Assembly (NCBI GenBank): GCA_963693115.1
Contig: OY843750.1
Location: 1,660,680-1,724,679 of the forward strand
DNA: 64,000 nucleotides
From: Spirochaetia bacterium
Lineage (GTDB): Bacteria; Spirochaetota; Spirochaetia; WTKD01; G963693115
Reading direction: 5' to 3'
Under the pieces are notes generated by a model that saw only the letters and a list, made by a program, of their open reading frames with translations, searched no databases and was not told where the DNA came from. A program made the translations under genes and the position numbers. This document shows, one piece after another, positions 28,413 to 39,532 of the stretch. How positions within the stretch are numbered: the first letter of the stretch is position 1; every line of letters begins with the position of its first letter.

Positions 28413-30599
28413 CTATTGTTCTGCCCATACTGGTATTTCTGTAATACCTGACTCTTGAAACATCTCCTTCATATCTGTCACATTACTCACATCCCATTCC
28501 CCTATGTCTTGGTTAAACTTGCTTGCTTTATAGAACATATAACTCATATCTGCTACATTGCCCACATCCCATCCCCCTATATCTTGATCAAATTTACTCG
28601 CTCCACCAAACATTATTTTCATATCTGTCACATTACTCACATCCCATCCTCCTATGTCTTGATTAAACTCACTCGCTTCAAAAAACATAGCACTCATGTT
28701 TGTTACATTACTCACATCCCATCCCCCTATATCTTGGTTAAACTCACTCGCTTCAAAAAACATACCTCTCATATCTGCCACTTTGCTCACATTCCATCTC
28801 CTTATATCTTGGTTAAATTCACTCGCTCCACCAAACATATAACTCATCTTTGTCACTTTGCTCACATCCCATCCCCCTATATCTTGGTTAAACTCACTCG
28901 CTTCAAAAAACATACCTCTCATATCTGCCACTTTGCTCACATTCCATCTCCTTATATCTTGGTTAAATTCACTCGCTCCACCAAACATATAACTCATCTT
29001 TGTCACTTTGCTCACATCCCATCCTCCTATGTCTTGATTAAAGTCATCCGCTTCTTCAAACATCCTACTCATATCTGTCACGTTGTTTACATCCCATCTC
29101 CCTATGTCTTGGTTAAAGTCAAGCGCTTCGTCAAACATACTATTCATATTTGTAACCTTGCTCACATCCCATTCCCCTATATCTTGATTAAATTTACTTG
29201 CGACAAGAAACAACTTCTGCATATCTACTACGCTACTCACATCCCATCCTCCTATATCTTGATTAAACTCACTTGCTCCACCAAACATATAACTCATATC
29301 TGTCACGTTACTCACATCCCACCCCCCTATGTCTTGATCAAATGCACTTGCTTCTAAGAACATATAACTCATATCTATCACCTTGCTCACATCCCAGCTC
29401 CCTATGTATTGATTGAAGTCAAGCGCTTCATAGAACATATCAGCCATATCTATCACATTGCTCACATCCCATCCCCCTATGTCTTGATTAAATTTACTCG
29501 CTTTGCTGAACATCACACTCATATCTGTCACATTGCTCACATCCCAACCTCCTATGTCTTGATTAAACTCACTTGATCCACCAAACATTCCTCTCATATC
29601 TGTCACACTACTCACAGCCCATCTTCCTATGTCTTGGTTAAATGCACTCGCTTCAAAAAACATTATTCCCATATCTGTCACATTGCTCACATCCCAACCT
29701 CCTATGTCTTGATTAAACTCACTTGATTTAGCAAACATTCCTCTCATATCTTTTACATTACTCACATTCCATCCTCCTATGTCTTGATTAAAGTCATCCG
29801 CTTCTTCAAACATCCTACTCATATCTGTCACGTTGTTTACATCCCATCTCCCTATGTCTTGGTTAAAGTCAAGCGCTTCGTCAAACATTCTATTCATATT
29901 TGTAACCTTGCTCACATCCCATTCCCCTATATCTTGATTAAATTTACTTGCGACAATAAACAACTCCCGCATATCTACTACGCTACTCACATCCCATCCT
30001 CCTATGTCTTGATTAAACTCACTTGCTCCACCAAACATATAACTCATATCTGTCACGTTACTCACATCCCACCCCCCTATGTCTTGATTGAACACGATCG
30101 CTTCAATGAACATACTACGCATATTTACCACGTTACTCACATCCCACCCCCCTATGTCTTGATTGAACTCACTTGCTCCAGCAAACATATAACTCATATT
30201 TGTCACTTTGCTTACATCCCACCCCCCTATGTCTTGATTGAATCCTATCGCATCTTCAAACATACTGCTCATATTTTTCACACCACTCACATCCCAACAT
30301 GAGATATCTCCGTTGAAATTCTCCTTACCTATAAACAATTCACTCATATCGGTAATTCTACTGGTGTCTATGCTATTTAAGTCTGCTGTCGAATCTTGTT
30401 TTATTAGCTCTTCTATGGCTACTTTTAATGATTCTTTATTATCTACTGTGGTTGTGGGAACAGGGCATGATCTTGCATCTGCTTTCTCACCTGTGAGTGC
30501 TTTGCTCTCCTGTGCTCTTGCTTCATTTGTACTCACTATCATTACTATTCCTAAAAACAATAGTGCTATGCTACTTTCTTTTTTGTATTGTATTTTCAT
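28413..30599 (-). CDS. secreted DUF285/BspA-type leucine-rich-repeat surface protein (728 aa)
   Basis: The signal peptide ends ..NEARA/QE. A conserved N-terminal domain is followed by tandem 25-aa units [25 protein letters not shown]. The C-terminal motif is [12 protein letters not shown]. Confidence 0.85.
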   Translation of the reverse strand: MKIQYKKESSIALLFLGIVMIVSTNEARAQESKALTGEKADARSCPVPTTTVDNKESLKVAIEELIKQDSTADLNSIDTSRITDMSELFIGKENFNGDISCWDVSGVKNMSSMFEDAIGFNQDIGGWDVSKVTNMSYMFAGASEFNQDIGGWDVSNVVNMRSMFIEAIVFNQDIGGWDVSNVTDMSYMFGGASEFNQDIGGWDVSSVVDMRELFIVASKFNQDIGEWDVSKVTNMNRMFDEALDFNQDIGRWDVNNVTDMSRMFEEADDFNQDIGGWNVSNVKDMRGMFAKSSEFNQDIGGWDVSNVTDMGIMFFEASAFNQDIGRWAVSSVTDMRGMFGGSSEFNQDIGGWDVSNVTDMSVMFSKASKFNQDIGGWDVSNVIDMADMFYEALDFNQYIGSWDVSKVIDMSYMFLEASAFDQDIGGWDVSNVTDMSYMFGGASEFNQDIGGWDVSSVVDMQKLFLVASKFNQDIGEWDVSKVTNMNSMFDEALDFNQDIGRWDVNNVTDMSRMFEEADDFNQDIGGWDVSKVTKMSYMFGGASEFNQDIRRWNVSKVADMRGMFFEASEFNQDIGGWDVSKVTKMSYMFGGASEFNQDIRRWNVSKVADMRGMFFEASEFNQDIGGWDVSNVTNMSAMFFEASEFNQDIGGWDVSNVTDMKIMFGGASKFDQDIGGWDVGNVADMSYMFYKASKFNQDIGEWDVSNVTDMKEMFQESGITEIPVWAEQ
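28711..29010. repeat. perfect 150-nt tandem duplication (two copies) inside the 28413..30599 gene
   Basis: By direct reading, 28711-28860 and 28861-29010 are identical. Each copy spans two 75-nt repeat units. Confidence 0.9.
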
Positions 30600-30791
30600 G
30601 TATTAGTTTTCCTCCTTTTGTCTATGGTTCCTATACCCAATAATTAATATGAGAGAATTGCAATCTTACCATCCTGCATTTTTAGCCACTTACCTTATCT
30701 GTCCTGGTCTCCTCATCTCTTGCTTATCTTTATACATACACCATACCTTGATTAGTTTCATAGCTATGCTATTTTTTACTCTATCTCTGCT

Positions 30792-33659
30792 TTACTGTTC
30801 TACCCATGCAGGTATTTCTGTAATACCTGATCCTAGAAACATCTCCTCCACATCTGTCACCTTACTCACATCCCATTCCCCTATGTCTTGGTTAAATGCT
30901 AAGGCATAACGAAACATAGCCGTCATATCTATCACCTTACTCACATTCCATCCCCCTATGTCTTGATTAAAGTCAAGCGCTTCAATGAACATACCAGCCA
31001 TATCTATCACCTTGCTCACGTCCCATCTCCCTATATCTTGGTTAAAATCACTCGTTCTATTAAACATATAACTCATATCTCTCACATTGCTCACATCCCA
31101 TCCCCCTATATCTTGATTAAAGACTATCGCTTCCCTGAACATATAACTCATATTTGTCACCTTATTCACGTTCCATCTCCCTATGTCTTGATTAAAGTCT
31201 CTCGCTTGGTTGAGCATACTTTTCATATTTTTCACATTACTCACATCCCATCCCCCTATGTCTTGATCAAATTCACTTGCTTTTATGAACATATAACTCA
31301 TATCTATCACATTGCTCACATCCCATCCCCCTATGTCTTGATTAAAGACTATCGCTTCCCTGAACATATAACTCATATTTGTCACCTTATTCACGTTCCA
31401 TCTCCCTATGTCTTGATTAAAGTCTCTCGCTTCGTTTAGCATACTTTTCATATTTTTCACATTACTCACATCCCATCCCCCTATGTCTTGATTAAAGACT
31501 ATCGCTTCCCTGAACATATAACTCATATTTGTCACCTTATTCACGTTCCATCTCCCTATGTCTTGATTAAAGTCTCTCGCTTCGTTTAGCATACTTTTCA
31601 TATTTTTCACATTACTCACATCCCATCCCCCTATGTCTTGATCAAATTCACTTGCTTTTAAGAACATATAACTCATATCTATCACATTGCTCACATCCCA
31701 TCCCCCTATGTCTTGATTAAAGACTATCGCTTCCCTGAACATATAACTCATATTTGTCACCTTATTCACGTTCCATCTCCCTATGTCTTGATTAAAGACT
31801 ATCGCTTCATAGAACATACCCCTCATGTTTGTTACATTATTCACGTCCCATCCCCCTATATCTTGGTTAAATTTACTCGCTCCGCTGAACATATAACTCA
31901 TATCTGCCACCTTGCTTACATCCCATCCCCCTATGTCTTGATTAAAGTCAAGCGCTTCAATGAACATACCCCTCATGTTTGTTACATTATTCACGTCCCA
32001 TCCCCCTATATCTTGGTTAAATGCTCTCGCTCCGCTGAACATATAACTCATACCTGCCACCTTGCTCACGTTCCATCTCCCTATGTCTTGATTAAAGTCA
32101 AGCGCTTCAATGAACATTCCGCTCATATCTGTCACATTGCTCACATCCCATCTCCCTATGTCTTGATTAAAGACTATCGCTTCGTTGAGCATACTTTTCA
32201 TATTTTTCACATTGCTCACATCCCATCCTCCTATATCTTGATTAAACATACTCGCTCCACTAAACATACTACTCATATCTGTCACCTTACTCACATCCCA
32301 TCCCCCTATGTCCTGATTGAATTTACTTGCGAAGTAAAACATTTCATTCATATATCTTACATTGCTCACACCCCATCCTCCTATATCTTGATTAAATTCA
32401 AGCGCTTTATAGAACATACCACTCATTTTTCTCACGTTACTCACATCCCATCCCCCTATATCTTGGTTAAACTCACTCGCTCCTCTAAACATCTCCCGCA
32501 TATCTCTCACATTACTCACATCCCATCCTCCTATGTCCTGATTAAAATCTCTCGCTCCTCTAAACATCTCCCGCATATCTCTCACATTACTCACATCCCA
32601 TCCTCCTATGCCTTGATTAAATGCATTCGTTTCGCTGAACATCTTCCTCAAATTTTTCACACTACCCACATCCCACCCCCCTATATCTTGATTAAATACA
32701 CTCGTCCCTCTAAACATCTCCCTCATATCTGTCACATTACTCACATCCCATCTCCCTATATCTTGGTTAAATTTTTCCGCTCCATTGAACATATAACTCA
32801 TAGCTGTTACATTACTTACGTCCCATTCTTCTATATTTTGATTAAACGTACTCGCTCCTCTAAACATCTCCCTCATATCTGCCACCTTATTCACATTCCA
32901 TCCCCCTATGTCTTGGTTAAACGCACCCGCTTCTCTAAACATACCACTCATATTTGTCACCTTGCTCACATCCCACTTTCCTATGTTTTGGTTAAATGCA
33001 TTCGTTTCTCGGAACACACCCCACATATTTGTCACGTTACTTACATCCCATTCCCCTATATCTTGGTTAAATGCATTCGTTTCTTGGAATATCCCCCCCA
33101 TATCCACCACGTTGCTCACATCCCATCCCCCTATGTCTTGGTTAAACTCACTTGCTCCTCTAAACATATAACTCATATCTACTACACTACTCACATTCCA
33201 TTCTCCTATGTCTTGATTGAATTTACTTGCTTCACTGAACATATCACTCATATCTGTCACATTGCTCACATCCCATCCTCCTATATCTTGGCTAAACTCA
33301 CTCGCATTTTCAAACATACCGCTCATATTTGTCACATTGCTCACATTCCAGCATGAGATGTCTCCGTTGAAGTATTCAATATCCATAAACAACTCACTCA
33401 TATCGGTAATTCTACTGGTGTCTATGCTGTTTAAGTCTGCTCTCGTGTCTTGTTTTATTAGCTCTTCTATGGCTACTCTTAATGATTCTTTATTATCTAC
33501 TGTGACTGTGGGTGTGGGTGTGGGACATGATCTTGTATCTGCTTTCTCACCTGTGAGCGCTTTACTCTCCTGTGCTCTTGCTTCATTTGCACTCACTATC
33601 ATTACTATTCCTAAAAATAATAGTGCTATGATACTTTCTTTTTTGTATTGTCCTTTCAT
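30792..33659 (-). CDS. secreted DUF285/BspA-type repeat surface protein (955 aa)
   Basis: Same architecture as 28413..30599. The C-terminal motif is [12 protein letters not shown]. Confidence 0.85.
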   Translation of the reverse strand: MKGQYKKESIIALLFLGIVMIVSANEARAQESKALTGEKADTRSCPTPTPTVTVDNKESLRVAIEELIKQDTRADLNSIDTSRITDMSELFMDIEYFNGDISCWNVSNVTNMSGMFENASEFSQDIGGWDVSNVTDMSDMFSEASKFNQDIGEWNVSSVVDMSYMFRGASEFNQDIGGWDVSNVVDMGGIFQETNAFNQDIGEWDVSNVTNMWGVFRETNAFNQNIGKWDVSKVTNMSGMFREAGAFNQDIGGWNVNKVADMREMFRGASTFNQNIEEWDVSNVTAMSYMFNGAEKFNQDIGRWDVSNVTDMREMFRGTSVFNQDIGGWDVGSVKNLRKMFSETNAFNQGIGGWDVSNVRDMREMFRGARDFNQDIGGWDVSNVRDMREMFRGASEFNQDIGGWDVSNVRKMSGMFYKALEFNQDIGGWGVSNVRYMNEMFYFASKFNQDIGGWDVSKVTDMSSMFSGASMFNQDIGGWDVSNVKNMKSMLNEAIVFNQDIGRWDVSNVTDMSGMFIEALDFNQDIGRWNVSKVAGMSYMFSGARAFNQDIGGWDVNNVTNMRGMFIEALDFNQDIGGWDVSKVADMSYMFSGASKFNQDIGGWDVNNVTNMRGMFYEAIVFNQDIGRWNVNKVTNMSYMFREAIVFNQDIGGWDVSNVIDMSYMFLKASEFDQDIGGWDVSNVKNMKSMLNEARDFNQDIGRWNVNKVTNMSYMFREAIVFNQDIGGWDVSNVKNMKSMLNEARDFNQDIGRWNVNKVTNMSYMFREAIVFNQDIGGWDVSNVIDMSYMFIKASEFDQDIGGWDVSNVKNMKSMLNQARDFNQDIGRWNVNKVTNMSYMFREAIVFNQDIGGWDVSNVRDMSYMFNRTSDFNQDIGRWDVSKVIDMAGMFIEALDFNQDIGGWNVSKVIDMTAMFRYALAFNQDIGEWDVSKVTDVEEMFLGSGITEIPAWVEQ
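31321..31620. repeat. perfect 150-nt tandem duplication (two copies) inside the 30792..33659 gene
   Basis: By direct reading, 31321-31470 and 31471-31620 are identical. Related but imperfect higher-order copies flank them between about 31080 and 31800. Confidence 0.9.
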
Positions 33660-33860
33660 GTATTAATTATCCTCTTTTTATCCATGGTCTCTATAACCCA
33701 GAAATTTATGTGAGAGAATTGTAGCCTTGCCATCCTGCAACTATTAACTACATTCATCGACAACTACCCCTATTGAATTTTCTACCTCTTGCTTATCTTT
33801 GTACACACACGATACCTTGATTAGTTTCATAACTACACTATTTTTTAGCCTAACACTGTT

Positions 33861-34940
33861 CTACTGTTCTGCCCATGCAGGTATCTCTGTAATACCTGAC
33901 CAAAGAAATATATAGCTCATATCTGTCACATTACTCACATCCCATCCCCCTATGCTTTGATTAAATTCATTCACGTCTGACCTCAATACTCTATTAGCAC
34001 TACTAATAGTACTACCAAAAGTTACTCCAGAGAACATCCAGCCCATACTTATGACATTACTCACATTCCATCCTCCTATGTCTTGGTTAAACTCTCTTGC
34101 CACACTAAACATTCCATTCATATCTGTCACATTACTCACATCCCATCCCCCTATATCTTGATTAAATTCTTTCGCTTCACTGAACATTTCTGCCATATCT
34201 GTCACATTACTCACATCCCATCCCCCTATGTTTTGATTAAATTCTATCGCTCCGCTAAACATGCTACTCATATTTATTACCTCACTCACATCCCATCCCC
34301 CTATGTCTTGATTAAACGCACTCGCTCCTCTAAACATTCCGCTCATGTCTGTAACATTGCTCACATTCCACCCTCCTATGTCTTGATTAAATTCACTTAC
34401 GCCTATCGTCCATTCTCTATATTTACTATGAAAGCTTACTCCAGAGAACATCCACTCCATACTTGTCACATTACTCACATTCCATCTCCCTATATCTTGA
34501 TTAAATTCTCTCGCTCCGCTAAACATTCCACCCATATTTGTTACATTGCTCACATTCCACCCTCCTATGTCTTGATTAAATTCTCTCGCCCCACTGAACA
34601 TGCTACTCATATTTGTTACCTCACTCACATCCCAACATGAAATATCTCCGTTAAAGTGCTCCATACCCATAAACAACTCACTCATATCGGTAATTCTACT
34701 GGTATCTATGCTGTTTAAATCTGCTATCAAGTAGTCTTGTTTTATTAGCTCTTCTATGTTTGCTTTTAATAATTCTTTGTTATCTACTGTGATTGTAGGA
34801 ACAGGACATGATGTTATATCTGCTTTCTCATTTGTGAGTGCTTTACTCTCCTGTGCCATTGCTTCATTTGCACTCACTACCATTACCATTCCAAAAAACA
34901 ATAGTGGTATGATGCCTTCTTTTTTGTATTGTCTTTTCAT
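33861..34940 (-). CDS. secreted DUF285/BspA-type repeat surface protein (359 aa)
   Basis: Has the same signal peptide, N-terminal domain and repeats. Two repeats carry loop insertions. The C-terminal motif is [12 protein letters not shown]. Confidence 0.85.
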   Translation of the reverse strand: MKRQYKKEGIIPLLFFGMVMVVSANEAMAQESKALTNEKADITSCPVPTITVDNKELLKANIEELIKQDYLIADLNSIDTSRITDMSELFMGMEHFNGDISCWDVSEVTNMSSMFSGAREFNQDIGGWNVSNVTNMGGMFSGAREFNQDIGRWNVSNVTSMEWMFSGVSFHSKYREWTIGVSEFNQDIGGWNVSNVTDMSGMFRGASAFNQDIGGWDVSEVINMSSMFSGAIEFNQNIGGWDVSNVTDMAEMFSEAKEFNQDIGGWDVSNVTDMNGMFSVAREFNQDIGGWNVSNVISMGWMFSGVTFGSTISSANRVLRSDVNEFNQSIGGWDVSNVTDMSYIFLWSGITEIPAWAEQ

Positions 34941-35021
34941 GTATTAGTTCTCCTCCTCTTATCTACGGTCTCTATACTCGGAGATTTCCGCTTTTAATCT
35001 CGTATAGTATAAGCATAGTTA

Positions 35022-37245
35022 TTACTTCTTTGTTTTAGATTCTAAATAGTCTATTGTAGGTTTCCATAGGTTAAGAAGTTCACCTATTGTTGGATCTCGG
35101 TAATGTTTATTTGTCTCTGTTGCTCCAATTCGTTTCAAATTATATTTAGTATCATTCACGATTATATCTTCTACTTTTTTTGCAGTAATTGCAGCACGTA
35201 CATGATTGCCGACTATTGTTCCTATAAATTCTCCCGCAACAACTGAATCTCCTTCTGTCAGTTCATCTTTAGGATTAATATATATGATAGACACTTGGGT
35301 ACCATCATTTCCTGTAATATGTACTTTGTCGGTCTCTACAAATTTTACATATCCATTAATCATAGCACCTATTTTCTTTCCATGACTAGCGTTTATTTTT
35401 TCTTCTTCATCGGTTTTCATTCCTACACCATAAAAATAAATTGCTGTATCCGTTCCAAGATGACGGTGACGATTTTCTCTTGGCTCATGTGTGTGGTTAT
35501 TTCCTACATAACTAGTAATTACAATGTTCCAGTTGTGAACCAAGCTAATGCTAGCAAGGTCTCTTGATTCTTTTTCATTGCTCACATCCCATTCCTCTAT
35601 GTCTTGATTAAATTCTCTCGCTCCGCTAAACATTTTACTCATATCTCTCACATTACTCACATCCCACTTCCCTATTTTTTGATTGAATTCAATCGCTTCA
35701 CTGAACATACCCTCCATATTTCTCACCTTACTCACATCCCATCTCACTATATCTTGGTTAAACACATTCGCTCCGCTAAACATTTTACTCATATCTCTCA
35801 CATTACTCACATCCCACTTCCCTATGCTTTGATTAAATTCAATCGCTTCACTGAACATACCCTCCATATTTCTCACCTTACTCACATTCCATCCTCCTAT
35901 GTCTTGATTAAATTCTATCGCTCCGCTAAACATATAGCTCATATCTATCACATTACTCACACCCCACTCTCCTATCCCTTGATTGAATTCAATCGCTTCT
36001 TCAAACATCCTACTCATATATCTCACGCTACTCACGCCCCATCTCCTTATGTCTTGATTAAATTCTTTCGCTCCGCCAAACATTTTACTCATATCTCTCA
36101 CACTACTCACATCCCATCCCCCTATGTCTTGATTAAACTCATTCGATCCGCTAAACATTTTACTCATATCTCTCACATTTCTCACATCCCATCCTCCTAT
36201 GTCTTGATTAAACTCATTCGATCCGCTAAACATTCCACTCATGTCTGTTATATTACTCACATCCCATCCCCCTATGTCTTGATTAAATGCATTCGCTTCT
36301 CTAAACATTCCACCCATGTCTCTTACATTGCTCACATCCCATCCTCCTATGTCTTGATTGAATTCACTCGTTCCACCTAACATCCAACTCATATTTGTCA
36401 CGTTACTCACATCCCATCCCCCTATATCTTGATTAAACTCACTCGCTTCTCTAAACATTCCACTCATGTCTGTTACATTGCTCACGTCCCATCCCCCTAT
36501 GTCTTGATTGAATTTACTCGTTCCACCTAACATCCAACTCATATTTGTCACGTTACTCACATCCCATCCCCCTATATCTTGGTTAAACTCACTCACTCCT
36601 CTAAACATCTCTCTCATATCTCTCACATTGCTCACATCCCATCCTCCTATGTCTTGATTAAATTTCCACGCACTACTAAACATACTGCTCATATCTGTCA
36701 CATTGCTCACATCCCATCCCCCTATGTCTTGGTTAAAAGCGAAGGCGTAATGAAACATCTTTTCCATGTCTCGTACATTGCTCACATCCCATCCTCCTAT
36801 GTCTTGATTAAAACGCATTCGCTTCTTCAAACATTCTACTCATATCTGTCACATGGCTCACATCCCATCCCCCTATCTCGTGATTAAATTCTTTCGCTCC
36901 GCTGAACATACTACTCATATCTGTCACATTGCTCACATCCCAACATGAGATATCTCCATTGAAGTTCTCCATATCCACAAATAACTCACTCATATCGGTA
37001 ATTCTGCTGGTATCTATGCTGTTTAAATCTGCCGTTGAGCCTTGTTTTATTAGCTCTTCTATGGCTACTTTTAATGATTCTTTGTTATCTACTGTGGTTG
37101 TGGGGGTGGGGCATGATTTTGTATCTGCTTTTTCACCTGTGAGCGCTTTGCTCTCCTGTGCTCTTGTTTCATTTGCATTCACTATCATTACTATTCCTAA
37201 AAAAAATAGTGCTATGATGCCTTTGTTTTTGTATCGTATCTTCAT
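35022..37245 (-). pseudogene. DUF285 repeat protein with a C-terminal M23/LytM-like module, split by a +1 frameshift at 36810-36813
   Basis: ORF 36808..37245 encodes the signal peptide, N-terminal domain and first repeats. ORF 35022..36830 encodes repeats plus a 184-aa non-repeat C-terminus. The two overlap in different frames. The plus strand reads ttaaaacgcattcgcttcttc here, whereas intact paralogous repeats (for example near 38790) read ttaaacgcattcgcttcttc. Confidence 0.75.
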
Positions 37246-37446
37246 GTATTAGTTTTCCTCCTTTTTGTCTATGGTCTCTATAACCAAATAATTAGAGTGA
37301 GAGCATTGTAGCCTTGCCATCCCGCAATTATTAACTACACTCATCGGCAACTACTCCTATTGAGTTTTCTACCTCCTTTTTGTTTTGTAGTTACACCATA
37401 CCTTGATTAGTTTCATAGCTATGCTATTTTTTACTCTATCTCTGCT

Positions 37447-39453
37447 TTACTGTTCTGCCCACGAAGGTATTTCTGTAATACCTGACCCAAGAAACATCTT
37501 TTCCATGTCTCGTACATTGCTCACATCCCATCCCCCTATGTCTTGGTTAAAAGCGAAGGCGTAATGAAACATCTTTTCCATGTCTCGTACATTGCTCACA
37601 TCCCATCCCCCTATGTCTTGGTTGAACGCAATCGCTTTGCTGAACATACCACCCATATATTTCACATTACTCACATCCCATCCTCCTATATCTTGGTTAA
37701 AATCACTCGCTCCGCTGAACATGCCCCCCATACCTCCCACATCACTCACGTTCCATCCTCCTATGTCTTGGTTGAACGCAATCGCTTTGCTGAACATAGC
37801 ACCCATATCTATCACGTTGCTTACATCCCATCCTCCTATGTCTTGGTTAAATGTAATCGCTGCATAAAACATATAACTCATATCTGCTACGTTACTCACA
37901 TCCCATCCCCCTATGTCTTGGTTAAATGCACTCGCTTCAATGAACATAGCACCCATATATTTCACATTACTCATATCCCATCCCCCTATGTCTTGGTTAA
38001 ATTCTCTCGCATTTTTGAACATTCCTCTCGCATATATCACATTGCTCACATCCCATCTCCCTATGTCTTGATTAAAGTCAACCGCTCCGCTGAATATCCC
38101 ACTTATAGCTGTCACGTTACTCACATCCCATCCCCCTATGTCTTGATTAAATGCACTCGCTTCGCTGAACATATCACTCATATTTGTCACATTACTCACA
38201 TCCCATTCCCCTATATCTTGGTTAAATGTAATCGCATAAAGAAACATGTAACTCATATCTGTCACGTTACCCACATCCCACCCCCCTATGTCTTTATTAA
38301 ACACGTATGCACCCCAGAACATACTACTCATATTTGTCACATTACTCACATCCCATCCCTCTATGTCTTGATTAAACTCTCTCGCTCCGCTGAACATTCC
38401 TTTCATACCTACCACATTGCTTACATCCCATCTCCCTATGTCTTGATTGAATCTTCTCGCTTCGTCGAACATACTACTCATATTTGTCACATTACTCACA
38501 TCCCATCCCCCTATATCTTGATTAAATGTACTCGCTCCGCTGAACATGCCCTCCATAGATTCTACATTGCTCACATCCCATTCCCCTATGTCTTGATTAA
38601 ATGCACTCGATACTGAAGTATAATATTCTCTCTCTTGAGCAAGATACCCCCTTCCAGAGAACAACCATCCCATATTTGTCACATTACTCACATCCCATCC
38701 CCCTATGTCTTGATTAAATGTACTCGCTTCAATGAACATACCGTTCATTGTTCTCACGTTACTCACATCCCAACCCCCTATGTCTTGGTTAAACGCATTC
38801 GCTTCTTCAAACATCCTACTCATATTTGTCACATTGCTCACGTCCCATCCCTCTACGTCTTGGTTAAATTCTCTCGCTTCATCAAACATCCCACTCATAT
38901 CTGTCACACTACTCACGTCCCATACTCCTATATCTTGGTTAAATTCTCTCGCCCCGCTAAATATACCGCTCATATTTGTCACCTTACTCACATCCCACTC
39001 TCCTATGTCTTGGTTAAACGCATTCGCTTCTTCAAACATTCTACTCATATCTGTCACCTTACTCACATCCCATCCCCCTATGTCTCGATTAAATCTTCTC
39101 GCTTCACTGAACATACCTCTCATGTTTGTCACACTGCTTACATCCCAACATGAGACATTTCCGTTAAAGTATTCCTTACCCATAAACAACTCACTCATAT
39201 CGGTAATTCTACTGGTATCTATGCTGTTTAAATCTGCTGTCAAGTAGTCTTGTTTTATTAGCTCTTCTATGGCTACTTTTAATGATTCTTTGTTATCTAC
39301 TGTGGTTGTGGGAACAGGGCATGATCTTGTATCTGCTTTCTCACCTGCGAGCGCTTTGCTCTCCTGTGCTCTTGCTACATTTGCACTCACTATCATTATT
39401 ATTCCTAAAAACAATAGTGCTATGATGCCTTTGTTTTTGTATCGAATCTTCAT
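37447..39453 (-). CDS. secreted DUF285/BspA-type repeat surface protein (668 aa)
   Basis: Same architecture as the other array genes. The C-terminal motif is SGITEIPSWAEQ. Confidence 0.85.
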   Translation of the reverse strand: MKIRYKNKGIIALLFLGIIMIVSANVARAQESKALAGEKADTRSCPVPTTTVDNKESLKVAIEELIKQDYLTADLNSIDTSRITDMSELFMGKEYFNGNVSCWDVSSVTNMRGMFSEARRFNRDIGGWDVSKVTDMSRMFEEANAFNQDIGEWDVSKVTNMSGIFSGAREFNQDIGVWDVSSVTDMSGMFDEAREFNQDVEGWDVSNVTNMSRMFEEANAFNQDIGGWDVSNVRTMNGMFIEASTFNQDIGGWDVSNVTNMGWLFSGRGYLAQEREYYTSVSSAFNQDIGEWDVSNVESMEGMFSGASTFNQDIGGWDVSNVTNMSSMFDEARRFNQDIGRWDVSNVVGMKGMFSGAREFNQDIEGWDVSNVTNMSSMFWGAYVFNKDIGGWDVGNVTDMSYMFLYAITFNQDIGEWDVSNVTNMSDMFSEASAFNQDIGGWDVSNVTAISGIFSGAVDFNQDIGRWDVSNVIYARGMFKNAREFNQDIGGWDMSNVKYMGAMFIEASAFNQDIGGWDVSNVADMSYMFYAAITFNQDIGGWDVSNVIDMGAMFSKAIAFNQDIGGWNVSDVGGMGGMFSGASDFNQDIGGWDVSNVKYMGGMFSKAIAFNQDIGGWDVSNVRDMEKMFHYAFAFNQDIGGWDVSNVRDMEKMFLGSGITEIPSWAEQ

Positions 39454-39532
39454 GTATTAGTTATCCTCCTTTTGTCTATGGGCTCTATAACCCAGAAATT
39501 TTTGCGTTCAATCTCGTATAGTGTAAACATAG

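Noticed and set aside
28455-39247. Very long plus-strand ORFs antisense to the DUF285 genes, encoding His-rich repeats like [16 protein letters not shown]. Examples are 28455..29357, 31713..33356, 34083..34640, 35604..36380 and 37543..38616.
   Set aside because: They are codon-aligned mirror images of the sense repeats. In that register an antisense stop arises only from sense TTA, CTA or TCA codons, which the repeat unit rarely uses, so the frame stays open by composition. Their apparent starts are the TTG of cttgattaaa/cttggttaaa, present in every unit. They have no SD, no independent conservation signal and no signal or end structure. The sense strand has signal peptides, an RBS and a recognisable family.
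28413-39453. Regular 75-nt periodic repeats that could superficially suggest a CRISPR-like array.
   Set aside because: The repeats are contiguous with no unique spacers. They are in frame within long ORFs and encode a known protein repeat family. No cas genes are present.
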